Origin: an uncultured Actinomycetota bacterium
Lineage (GTDB): Bacteria; Actinomycetota; Actinomycetes; Mycobacteriales; Jatrophihabitantaceae
Length of the DNA stretch: 64,000 bases
Assembly (NCBI GenBank): GCA_963837325.1
Contig: CAWIMV010000001.1
Span: 872,768 to 936,767 of the forward strand
Reading direction: 5' to 3'
Made by a program: the position numbers and the translations under genes. Under the pieces are notes generated by a model. It had not been told where the DNA came from. It saw only the letters and a program-made list of their open reading frames with translations, and did not search any database. Below, piece by piece: positions 55,858 through 64,000 of this stretch (positions are counted from its first letter, which is position 1; each line of letters starts with the position of its first letter).

Positions 55858-58058
55858 CTGCCCACCAGCGCCGGCTCAGCCGGCGCGGCGGCGGCCACCT
55901 TCCGGGTCGGCCCGGGCGCCCGGCCCGGCCACCAGTTGGCCCGGCCGAGCAGTGTCATCAGCGACGGCAGCACGATGACCCGAACGACCAGCGCGTCGAT
56001 CAGAACGGCCGCGGCCAGGCCGACACCGAGTTCCTTCATCTCGACCATGTGCAGCGACGCGAAGATCGCGAACACCGACACCATGACCAGCGCGGCGCTG
56101 GTGACCGTGCCGGCCGAGCGGGTGATCCCGGCCTGCACGGCCGCGCGGGTCGACAGGCCACTGGCGGCCGCCTCGCGGATCTGACTGAGCACGAACACGT
56201 GGTAATCCATGGAGAGCCCGAACAAGACCGCGAAGGTGAAGAGCGGGATCCAGTTCACGACCGTGCCGGTGGAGTGGAACCCGAGCAACTTCTCGGCCCA
56301 GGTGTTCTGGAATGTGAGCACCAGGACACCGAAGGCGGCGCCGGCCGAAAGCAGGTTCACCGCCGCTGTGGTCAGGGCGACCACGACCGACCGGAAGACC
56401 CAACCCATCATCAACATCGTCAACGCGACGACGAAGCCGATGACCCACGGCATCGCGTCGGAGAGTCCCCGATCGGCGTCCAGGTTGGTCGCGGTTTCGC
56501 CGCTGACGGCCCATTTGGCACCGTCGAGACCACGCAGGGCTTGTGCCACCAGGCCGCCCCGTAGCTCGTGCACGCCTTGTCGTGCGGCTGTCGATTCCGG
56601 GTCGTGCGGAGCCTGGACCTCCAGGACATGCACGGTCCGATCCGCGGATGCCCGGACCGGCTGGTTGGCGGTGCCGTCCGCGAACAGCGGCCCGTCGTCG
56701 AGGCGCCGGGCCAGTGCCGTCAATCGTGCCGTCACCTCTGGACCGTCGGCGGCCCGAGCCTGGACGACGATCAGGTCGGTGGACTGCTGACTCGGGAACG
56801 CCGCCGACAGCCGGTCGAGCGAGTGCGTGGCCGGGATCGAACGGGGCAGTGACGCGGCGCTGCTGGACTGCATCTTCAGGCTGAGCGTCGGCAGCGCGAG
56901 CAGCGCCAGCGCGAACACCGAGACCGTCAGCGTGCGGCCCGGATGGGTCATTGCCGGCCGCAACAACGCCGGCCACATCCGCGGCTCGCGGGTCGCGGTG
57001 GACAGCCGCCAGAGCACCGGCACGCGGGGGCGATCGATACGCCGTCCCAATTTGACCAGGACGGCGGGCAGCACGGTCAGCGAGCCCAGGACCGCCACTG
57101 CCACCACGATGATGGAGCCGGTGGCCAGCGATGCGAAAACGGCGTTGTGGGCCAGGAAGAGTCCGAGCATCGACACGATCACCGCGACACCCGACACGAT
57201 CACCGAGTGTCCGGCGGTCTCGGCCGCGATCTCGATCGCGTCCAGGTGGCTGCGGCCTCGTTGCCGCTCGGCCCGGGCCCGCTTGACGTAGAACAACGAA
57301 TAGTCGACGCCGACGGCCATGCCCATCAGCAGGATCATGCTGGACGTCGTGCCCGAATCCGGCACGAAGTGGGAGGCGAGCGCGGCCAGTCCGGTGGCCG
57401 AGCCGACCGCCGAGAGTGCGAGCAGCACCGGCACGCCCGCGGCCACGATCGCGCCGAACGCGACGAGCAGGATCAGCAACGTGACCGGCAGGCTGAAGTC
57501 GGCCGCGGCGCCGAGGTCCTTGCTCACCTGGTCGTCGACGGCGTTGTTCAGCGACGCGCCGCCGACCTGCTCGACCCGCAGGGCCGGAAACTGCTTCTGC
57601 ACGCCATCGGTCGCATGTTGCAGAGCGCCGACTCGGTCTGAGGCCGTCTCGGGGTCCCCGCTGATCGTGGCCTCCACCATGAGGGCGTGGCCGTTCTTGG
57701 CCAGAAGCGGCGCATCGACCTTCGTCACCTCTGCCAGCTTCGTGAGCTGCGACGTGACGGCGGCGGCCGCCTGTCGGGCCGAGGCCGAGTCGAACCGCCC
57801 GGTCCGGGCCGTGATCAGGACGTCCTCGGTCGCGGGATCGGACAGGTGGGCGTCGTGCATCACGTGCGCGGCCCGGCCGGACTGGCCGGTTGCGGTGTCG
57901 AGGTCGGTCATCGTCTTCAGGCCCGACGCCTGCCCGATTGCGATGCAGCCGGCGACGAACACCAGCCACATCGCAATCGCGCGCCACGGGTGCGTGGCAC
58001 TCCAGCGAGCGACCCGGACCGTAACCGGACGGCGGACAACGGCGTGCTTCTCGGACAC
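55854..58058 (-). CDS. MMPL-family (RND superfamily) membrane transporter, second copy
   Basis: 734 aa with the same 12-TM two-loop topology; GVDYSLFYVKRARAE and GLSMDYHVFVLSQIRE. Confidence 0.85.
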   Translation of the reverse strand: MSEKHAVVRRPVTVRVARWSATHPWRAIAMWLVFVAGCIAIGQASGLKTMTDLDTATGQSGRAAHVMHDAHLSDPATEDVLITARTGRFDSASARQAAAAVTSQLTKLAEVTKVDAPLLAKNGHALMVEATISGDPETASDRVGALQHATDGVQKQFPALRVEQVGGASLNNAVDDQVSKDLGAAADFSLPVTLLILLVAFGAIVAAGVPVLLALSAVGSATGLAALASHFVPDSGTTSSMILLMGMAVGVDYSLFYVKRARAERQRGRSHLDAIEIAAETAGHSVIVSGVAVIVSMLGLFLAHNAVFASLATGSIIVVAVAVLGSLTVLPAVLVKLGRRIDRPRVPVLWRLSTATREPRMWPALLRPAMTHPGRTLTVSVFALALLALPTLSLKMQSSSAASLPRSIPATHSLDRLSAAFPSQQSTDLIVVQARAADGPEVTARLTALARRLDDGPLFADGTANQPVRASADRTVHVLEVQAPHDPESTAARQGVHELRGGLVAQALRGLDGAKWAVSGETATNLDADRGLSDAMPWVIGFVVALTMLMMGWVFRSVVVALTTAAVNLLSAGAAFGVLVLTFQNTWAEKLLGFHSTGTVVNWIPLFTFAVLFGLSMDYHVFVLSQIREAAASGLSTRAAVQAGITRSAGTVTSAALVMVSVFAIFASLHMVEMKELGVGLAAAVLIDALVVRVIVLPSLMTLLGRANWWPGRAPGPTRKVAAAAPAEPALVGS

Positions 58059-58180
58059 GGTGGTGCCTTTCTGACCAGGATGTCGATGACGCCGTCAACG
58101 CTGTCGCGACGGCCCGGAAAGCACACGGGTCCTGACACCCGGACCGTGGTGGACCTAGCTCCACTAACAACAGCGGTCGA

Positions 58181-58200
58181 GTGCGTCAGGATGGACGCAC
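58181..58200. promoter_or_regulatory. 7-6-7 inverted repeat just upstream of the sensor kinase gene
   Basis: GTGCGTC-aggatg-GACGCAC, 20 nt upstream of the kinase ATG, followed by the GAGAGGAGG RBS. Confidence 0.35.
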
Positions 58201-58220
58201 ACCGGTGAGAGGAGGTCCAC

Positions 58221-59369
58221 ATGGTGCTGGCCGGATTCGCGATGCGGCTACGCCTGTGGTTGTGGGCCGTCGTCGCGACCGTTCTCGCCGTGACGTCGCT
58301 CGTCCTGTTCATCGTGATGGTCGCCGGCGCCGCCACCGTCGTCGTCTGGGTCGGCTTGCCGGTGCTCTACGTCGCCATCCGGGCGGTGCGGCCGATCGCT
58401 GCCCTGCACCGCCGCTACGTGGGCGCGTTGCTGGGGACGCCGATCGAGTCGCCCTACGTCCCACGGCCCGACGGCAATCTGCTCGTCCGGCTGCGGGCAT
58501 TGGCCACGGACCCGGCCACCCGGCGCGACACCATGTGGCTGGTCGCGAACGGCACCGTGGGCGTGGTGCTCACGCTCGTCGCGGTCGTGGAAGGGCTGGT
58601 CGACCTGATTTTCTGGTGGCTGCCCAAAGGGGTGTTCGTGCACCTGCACGCGCACCTGGCCCGCGCGCTGCTCGCACCGAACGAGAAAACGCGGCTGGCG
58701 CAGCGGGTCCAAGAGCTCACCGCGTCGCGGGCGGAGACGGTCGACACCTCGGCGGCGGAGTTGCGGAGGATCGAACGCGACCTGCACGACGGGGCGCAGG
58801 CCCGACTCGTCTCGCTCGGGATGAGCCTCGGGCTGGCGGACGAACTGCTCGCGGCCGACCCGGCGACCGCGCGAGCGCTGCTGGCTGAGGCGCGCGCATC
58901 GAGCAGCGAAGCCCTCGCGGAACTGCGCGATCTCGTCCGGGGCATCCATCCTCCGGTCCTCGCCGACCGGGGACTCGTTGGCGCGGTCGAGGCGCTCGCC
59001 TTGGCCTCGTCGTTGCCGGTGGACATCACGGCCGAGGTACCCGGTCGGCTCTCGGCGCCAGTTGAATCAGCCGCCTACTTCGCCGTGGCCGAGGCGCTGG
59101 CCAATGCCATCAAGCACAGTGGCGCAACCCGCGTCGACATCACCATGCTGCACAGCGGCGAGTCGCTCGACATCTCCGTGCGTGATGACGGGACCGGCGG
59201 CGCCGCACCCGAGGCTGGCACCGGTCTGCGCGGCATCGAGCGCCGCCTGGCCGCCTTCGACGGCACGCTGACGGTCGAAAGTCCGCCCGGGGGACCGACG
59301 ATTGTGGCTATGGTGCTGCCGTGCGCGTCGTCCTCGCCGAAGATCTCGCCCTCCTCCGAGACGGCCTGA
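58221..59369 (+). CDS. two-component sensor histidine kinase (HisKA_3 / NarL-partner type)
   Basis: Two N-terminal TM helices. The H-box is LRRIERDLHDGAQARL, with N/G-boxes VAEALANAIKHSGA and DDGTGG. Confidence 0.85.
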   Translation: MVLAGFAMRLRLWLWAVVATVLAVTSLVLFIVMVAGAATVVVWVGLPVLYVAIRAVRPIAALHRRYVGALLGTPIESPYVPRPDGNLLVRLRALATDPATRRDTMWLVANGTVGVVLTLVAVVEGLVDLIFWWLPKGVFVHLHAHLARALLAPNEKTRLAQRVQELTASRAETVDTSAAELRRIERDLHDGAQARLVSLGMSLGLADELLAADPATARALLAEARASSSEALAELRDLVRGIHPPVLADRGLVGAVEALALASSLPVDITAEVPGRLSAPVESAAYFAVAEALANAIKHSGATRVDITMLHSGESLDISVRDDGTGGAAPEAGTGLRGIERRLAAFDGTLTVESPPGGPTIVAMVLPCASSSPKISPSSETA

Positions 59370-59965
59370 TCCGGCTGCTCGAGGCGCACGACTTCGAGGT
59401 CGTCGAGGCCGTCGACAACGGGCCGTCGCTGCTTCGGGCGCTGACCACGCATCGACCGGACATCGCGGTCGTCGACGTGCGGTTGCCACCGACGTTTACC
59501 GACGAAGGGCTGCGGGCGGCGATCGAGGCCCGCGGTCAGATTCCGGGGCTGCCGGTGCTCGTGCTTTCGCAGTACGTAGAGCAGCTGTACGCCCGTGAGC
59601 TGCTGGCCGATCGGACGGGCGGAGTCGGGTACCTGCTCAAGGACCGGGTCTTCGACGTCAAGCAGTTCATCGACGCGGTGCGGCACGTTGCCGGCGGTGG
59701 GACGGCGATGGATCCCGAGGTGGTTGCCCAGCTGCTGAGCCGGCGCAGCGGGCACAAGCCGCTCGCTTCGCTGACGCCGCGGGAGCGGGAGGTGCTCGGG
59801 CACATGGCGGAGGGTCGGTCGAACGCGGCGATCGCTGCCAAGATGTTCATCACCGAGAAGGCGGTGAGCAAGCACACCAATAGCATCTTTGCGCGGTTGT
59901 CGCTGCCGCCTTCTGAGGATGACAACCGGCGGGTGTTGGCGGTGTTGGCTTACTTGAATGGGTGA
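59321..59965 (+). CDS. two-component response regulator, NarL/LuxR family
   Basis: REC domain (VVLAEDLALLRDGL...IAVVDVRLPP) plus a LuxR HTH (LTPREREVLGHMAEGRSNAAIAAKMFITEKAVSKH). The GTG start overlaps the kinase 3' end by 49 nt. Confidence 0.85.
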   Translation: MRVVLAEDLALLRDGLIRLLEAHDFEVVEAVDNGPSLLRALTTHRPDIAVVDVRLPPTFTDEGLRAAIEARGQIPGLPVLVLSQYVEQLYARELLADRTGGVGYLLKDRVFDVKQFIDAVRHVAGGGTAMDPEVVAQLLSRRSGHKPLASLTPREREVLGHMAEGRSNAAIAAKMFITEKAVSKHTNSIFARLSLPPSEDDNRRVLAVLAYLNG

Positions 59966-60103
59966 AAGGCAAAAAGCTCAGCGACGAAGGAGTTAGGTGG
60001 TGGGCTGGGTCTCGCTGCCGGCTTGCGGTTCCCGACTAAACGCCTTGCGGAATAAGGTGAAAGTGCTTCCGTTGCGTCGGTCTTCTGTGCTATAATCGAC
60101 CGT

Positions 60104-61463
60104 ATGAGCGAAGATGAGATAGACGGTTCGGAGCCGTACGTTCCTTCGCTCCTGGACGCCGACCTCGCCCCCGATGATGTCGCGGCCTGGGCCGCGACCG
60201 TCACCCCGGGCTCGGCGGTCGTGAAGCCGCTCGTTCACGTGAACGTCCACCGGTTGTCCTATGCCGGTCGGGTCGATGCCCTTGCGGCGTTGGAGCGGCA
60301 GCGGTCCTGGATCGACGCTCAACAGTTGCGGTTGTTGGCGGTCATGGCCAACGAGCCGGTCGAACCCGGTTCGATCGAGGAGATGGATAAGCAGTGGGTC
60401 AAAGAAGACGTCGCCTGCGCACTACGCCTCTCAGCTCAGACCGCGGCCGATCGCCTCGAGTTCGCCAAAGCCATGACCCGCCTGCCCGCCACCCTTGATC
60501 TGCAGGAGCGTGGTGAGATCACGGTGCATCACTCCCGCCACCTGGCCGAGACGGTCATGACCCTCGACGACGACACGACCACCGCGATCGAGACGTCGGT
60601 GTTGCCGAAGGCGCCGGAGCAAGTGCTGGCGAACTTCAAACGCTCGGTCCGCAAAGCCGTGTTGAGCGTCGCTCCGAAGGCGGCGGAGGAACGCCACGTC
60701 GAAGCGGTGAAACAGCGGCGGGTCGTGCGCACGCCAGTGGCCGACGGGATGAGTGAGATTTGGATGCTGCTGCCCGACACCGGGGCGAGCACGTTCATGA
60801 CCGCCGTCGATGCCCTGGCCCGCCGCGTGCCCTGCGACGATGACCGGACCGCCGATCAACGGCGCGCTGATGCGGTGGTGCAGCTGGCGTTGAACACCCT
60901 GCACGGGTCCGATGTCGGACGAGTTGCCGCGCGAGCACGGCCTACGCCCCTCGATCCAGGTCACGGTCGCGCTGTCGACCCTGCTCGGCCTGGACGAGCA
61001 GCCCGGCGAGTTGGCCGGTTCCGGTCCGATCCCCGCCGCGGTCGCCCGCCGGATCGCCGCCGACCAGACCGGGACCTGGCGCCGGCTGCTCACCGACGAA
61101 CGAGGTCGCCTGCTCGACTACGGCCGCAGCACCTACCGGCCACCGAAAGACCTGGCCGACCATGTGATCGCGAGGGACCGCAGCTGCCGCTACCCGCACT
61201 GCAACCGTCAAGCCCGGCTTTGCGATCTCGAACATCAGATCCCGTGGGAGGACGGCGGCGAAACCAACGCCGACAACCTGAACGCGATCTGCAGCCGCCA
61301 CCACCACGCCAAACACGAAGCCGGCTGGCAACCAGAACGACAACCCGACGGCACCATCGAATGGACCAGCCCAACCGGCCACCGGTACCGCGAAGAACCT
61401 GCCACCTACCCGATCGACCGCACGGTCGAGCTGAGCCGACCTGACGAGCCGAGTACTGGCTAG
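60104..61463 (+). mobile_element. REP13E12-like element: DUF222 N-terminal region and HNH-endonuclease C-terminal region in two frames, separated by a frameshift near 60905–60925
   Basis: Frame 1 (60104–~60915) ends ...DQRRADAVVQLALNTLHGSD. The continuation ELPREHGLRPSIQVTVALSTLLGLDEQPGELAGSGPIPA...CRYPHCNRQARLCDLEHQIPWEDGGETNADNLNAICSRHHHAKH (an HNH motif) is in frame 2 (60912..61463). An AT-rich segment with TGCTATAAT precedes it. Confidence 0.7.
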
Positions 61464-62068
61464 AGCGGATCACCGATCGACTTCGTCGGCGCGGGCAAGC
61501 GCCAACGGCGAGGCAGGTAGGCCCGGCTGCCGGCGTAGAAGCCGATCGACAACGCGCTGCCTTCGGCTTTGCCGTTGCGCTCGATAGCGATCTTGCGCAG
61601 CCGCTGGCCGGTGAACACCCACTCCAAAATTAGGGCGAGGAACACGAAGATGACCAGGAACTGCACGTACGGCAGCAGGTAACTGACGATCATCAGCGGG
61701 AAAAGCAAGAGGAGGTAGTTGCTGAACATGCGGTGCGAGTCGACGTAATCGCGAGCCAGTTTGCGGGTCGCGCCCTGGTCCCGGCGCGGAAGAAAGGCCG
61801 GGTCGCCTTTACGGAGCGCCTCGCGCCGCTGTTGCGGGGTCATCTTCGCCGCGGGGGTATTGCGGGCCGTTTTGGCCGCCTTCGACTGTTGCTTCTGCCG
61901 GGCGTAAGCCTCCTTGCGGGTCTTCGGCGCACTGACCGGCCCGCGCTGCACGGTGGACTCACGACGCTTGGGGGTGGGTCGACCCTTCCCGCCGGTGGGC
62001 GTTGGTTCGACGACATCGGTGACGACGTCGCCGGCGGGCTCGACATTGCGGCGGGGCAGCAGCTTCAC
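61460..62068 (-). CDS. DUF3043-family membrane protein (Rv2206-like)
   Basis: A basic N-terminus followed by two TM helices (YLLLLFPLMIVSYLLPYVQFLVIFVFLALILEWVF); conserved neighbour of cobT. Confidence 0.6.
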   Translation of the reverse strand: MKLLPRRNVEPAGDVVTDVVEPTPTGGKGRPTPKRRESTVQRGPVSAPKTRKEAYARQKQQSKAAKTARNTPAAKMTPQQRREALRKGDPAFLPRRDQGATRKLARDYVDSHRMFSNYLLLLFPLMIVSYLLPYVQFLVIFVFLALILEWVFTGQRLRKIAIERNGKAEGSALSIGFYAGSRAYLPRRWRLPAPTKSIGDPL

Positions 62069-62240
62069 ATCGATGAGAGTAAGCGAAACCTGGCCCGAAT
62101 ACCGCGACGGGTTGGCGACTCAGGCGGTGGCAGCAAATCTTGACGCAACGCTGATGAAGGGCAGCCGTGGCGCTGACGTAGTCCCAATACACAGAATGGC
62201 GTGCTGCAATGTGACGTCATAGCAGAGCGGAAGGAAGGCG

Positions 62241-63215
62241 ATGACCGACCAGTGGCGGGCCCGCTCGCAACAGATCGGCTGGGTGCTCCTTCCGCTGCGG
62301 GCGTTCCTCGCGTTCGTCTACATCTACGGCGGGCTGTCCAAAATCGCTGACCGGCGTTTCCTCGACGCGTCGTCGCCGCTGTCGATGCACTCGTCGGTCG
62401 CAGCCGTGCGCTCGTCCAGCCCGATCGGAGGCCTGCTCGGCCCGGTGGAGGCGCACAGTTTCGCCTTCGGCCTCCTGATGGCGGTCGCGGAACTGGCCGT
62501 AGGGCTTGGCGTGCTGCTCGGCCTGCTCACTCGGGTCGCCGCTGCCGGCGGGATGCTGCTCGGGCTATCCCTGTGGCTGACGGTGAGCTGGAACGCCGAG
62601 CCGTGGTTCACCAGTGCTGACCTGGTCTACCTGTTCGCGTTCACGCCAATGGTGATCGCCGGCGCGGGCGGCGTCCTCGCTCTGGACGCGTGGCTCGACC
62701 ACGCCCGGGCCACCCATCCCGGTACCGGCGAGGACCGCACGCGGCGTTCGTTGCTGGTCGGGGCGACCGCCGTCCTTGGCGCCGTACTGCTGGGCGGTTC
62801 GGCGATGTTCCGCCGGCCAGCACATAGTCCGGCTGCCGGTTCGGCGCGGCCCGACGACACCACGCCGTCCACTTCCGGATCCACCAGCTCGGCGTCGTCC
62901 GGCGGGGGAAGCTCAGGCCCCGTGCTCACGGCCGCCGCGAAGGTGCCGGTCGGGGGAGCGCGCAAGGTCACCGACAGCGCGACGGCGGAAACCGTGTGGG
63001 TGCTGCAGTTGCAACCGGGGAAATTCACCGCCTACAACGCCAGTTGTCCGCATCAGGGCTGCCCAGTGAGCTTCGTCTCGCCGTCCGGCGGCTTCGCCTG
63101 CCCATGCCATGGCTCCCGCTTCGACGCCCAGGGTCACGTCGTGAATGGCCCGGCCCAGCGGGGGTTGAGCCCCATCCCGGTGGTCGTCGACGGCGCAAAT
63201 ATCCGAGCCACGTAG
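62241..63215 (+). CDS. DoxX-like membrane domain fused to a Rieske [2Fe-2S] domain
   Basis: The N-terminal ~150 aa carry 4 TM helices (DoxX-like). After a Ser/Gly-rich linker comes a C-terminal Rieske domain with CPHQGC...CPCHGSRF (CxH-x15-CxxH). Confidence 0.75.
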   Translation: MTDQWRARSQQIGWVLLPLRAFLAFVYIYGGLSKIADRRFLDASSPLSMHSSVAAVRSSSPIGGLLGPVEAHSFAFGLLMAVAELAVGLGVLLGLLTRVAAAGGMLLGLSLWLTVSWNAEPWFTSADLVYLFAFTPMVIAGAGGVLALDAWLDHARATHPGTGEDRTRRSLLVGATAVLGAVLLGGSAMFRRPAHSPAAGSARPDDTTPSTSGSTSSASSGGGSSGPVLTAAAKVPVGGARKVTDSATAETVWVLQLQPGKFTAYNASCPHQGCPVSFVSPSGGFACPCHGSRFDAQGHVVNGPAQRGLSPIPVVVDGANIRAT

Positions 63216-63348
63216 GTGCCCAAGGCGCGGCGCGCCCTGGGCTGGCTGTACTTGCGCTGATCGCTGCGTACGATGGGAATAGCCAGCGGGCGGCAGCCGG
63301 TTGGCCTCAAATGAGCCATTGTTTCCAGACCTTGCCCCAGGGAGCCTC

Positions 63349-63735
63349 ATGACTGCCATCGAGACCTCATCGGTCGAGCTGACCACCGCGCCGGCCGAAG
63401 CGCCCGCCACGACCGTCACGCTCACCGACGCGGCCGCGCTCAAGGTCCGGGCCCTGCTCGACCAAGAGGGTCGCGACGACCTGCGGCTGCGGATCGCCGT
63501 GCAGCCCGGTGGTTGCTCCGGCCTGCAGTACCAGCTCTTCTTCGACGAGCGCACTCTCGACGGCGACCTCGAGATCGACCAGAGCGGCGTGCCGCTGGTC
63601 GTCGACCGGATGAGCGCCCCGTACCTCGGCGGCGCCACCGTGGACTTCACCGACACGATCGAGCAGCAGGGCTTCACGATCGACAACCCGAACGCCTCGA
63701 ACGGCTGCGCCTGCGGCAACTCCTTCTGCGGCTGA
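63349..63735 (+). CDS. HesB/IscA-family iron–sulfur cluster insertion protein (ErpA-like, Rv2204c-like)
   Basis: Start MTAIETSS with GGGAG upstream. Has IAVQPGGCSGLQY and a C-terminal NGCACGNSF (the three conserved Cys). Confidence 0.8.
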   Translation: MTAIETSSVELTTAPAEAPATTVTLTDAAALKVRALLDQEGRDDLRLRIAVQPGGCSGLQYQLFFDERTLDGDLEIDQSGVPLVVDRMSAPYLGGATVDFTDTIEQQGFTIDNPNASNGCACGNSFCG

Positions 63736-63756
63736 GCCGGCGGACTACGCCCGTAA

Positions 63757-64000
<244 letters not shown>

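Noticed and set aside
55876-58170. 764-aa minus-strand ORF overlapping the second mmpL in another frame
   Set aside because: R/G/P-rich with no TM helices; the mmpL frame has 12 TM helices and MMPL signatures.
59966-60103. Checked the AT-rich segment before the REP element for a tRNA gene, a common mobile-element target
   Set aside because: No T-loop (GGTTCGAnnCC) or acceptor-stem complementarity; better explained as the element's own promoter region.
62100-62230. TGACGTCA palindrome and TTGACG hexamer upstream of the DoxX–Rieske gene, considered as a CRP-like site or promoter
   Set aside because: It does not fit TGTGA-n6-TCACA, and the spacing to any −10-like hexamer is wrong. Too weak to call.

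Overview
This is a high-GC (~70%) actinobacterial chromosomal segment.

The right-hand ~29 kb (35.4–64 kb) keeps a conserved actinobacterial block whose order matches M. tuberculosis Rv2202c–Rv2220. In window order the genes are: an AAA ATPase, glnA1, an RDD protein, a DUF4191 protein, an NlpC/P60 endopeptidase, lipA, lipB, an MmpL transporter, an S51 peptidase, a Ser/Thr kinase, a Rv2216-like SDR, dlaT, lpd, a degraded pepB, gcvT, an AI-2E transporter, cobT, a second MmpL, a NarL-type two-component pair, DUF3043, a DoxX–Rieske fusion, a HesB/ErpA homologue and a partial adoK. A frameshifted REP13E12-like DUF222/HNH element sits inside this block.

The left ~35 kb carries accessory functions:
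- A GAF–ANTAR regulator next to an RsbW/STAS partner-switching pair.
- A [NiFe]-hydrogenase maturation operon: hypF, a degenerate-SIS::HypC-like fusion, a SIS protein, hypE, hypC and hypD.
- A gluconate module (gntP, gntK) with a DMT transporter.
- A complete hopanoid operon: hpnC, hpnD, hpnE, a polyprenyl synthase, shc, a fused hpnG–ispH, and hpnH. A class-III aminotransferase (HpnO-like) is transcribed divergently from it.
- A whiB7 orthologue with an AT-hook, followed by a DMT transporter.
- A GGDEF–EAL membrane protein.
- Paired DUF998 paralogs flanking an Atg22-like MFS transporter.
- A lower-GC patch encoding a P-loop kinase-like protein and a small acidic protein.
- A flotillin/NfeD pair.

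No rRNA, tRNA or CRISPR array was recognised. I found no clear-cut novel system. The most unusual items are the SIS::HypC-like fusion, the HpnG–IspH fusion, the eroded pepB and the REP13E12-like element. Many long ORFs in the supplied six-frame track are antisense or alternate-frame artefacts of the high GC content and were rejected. Starts I derived by hand may be off by 1–3 nt.
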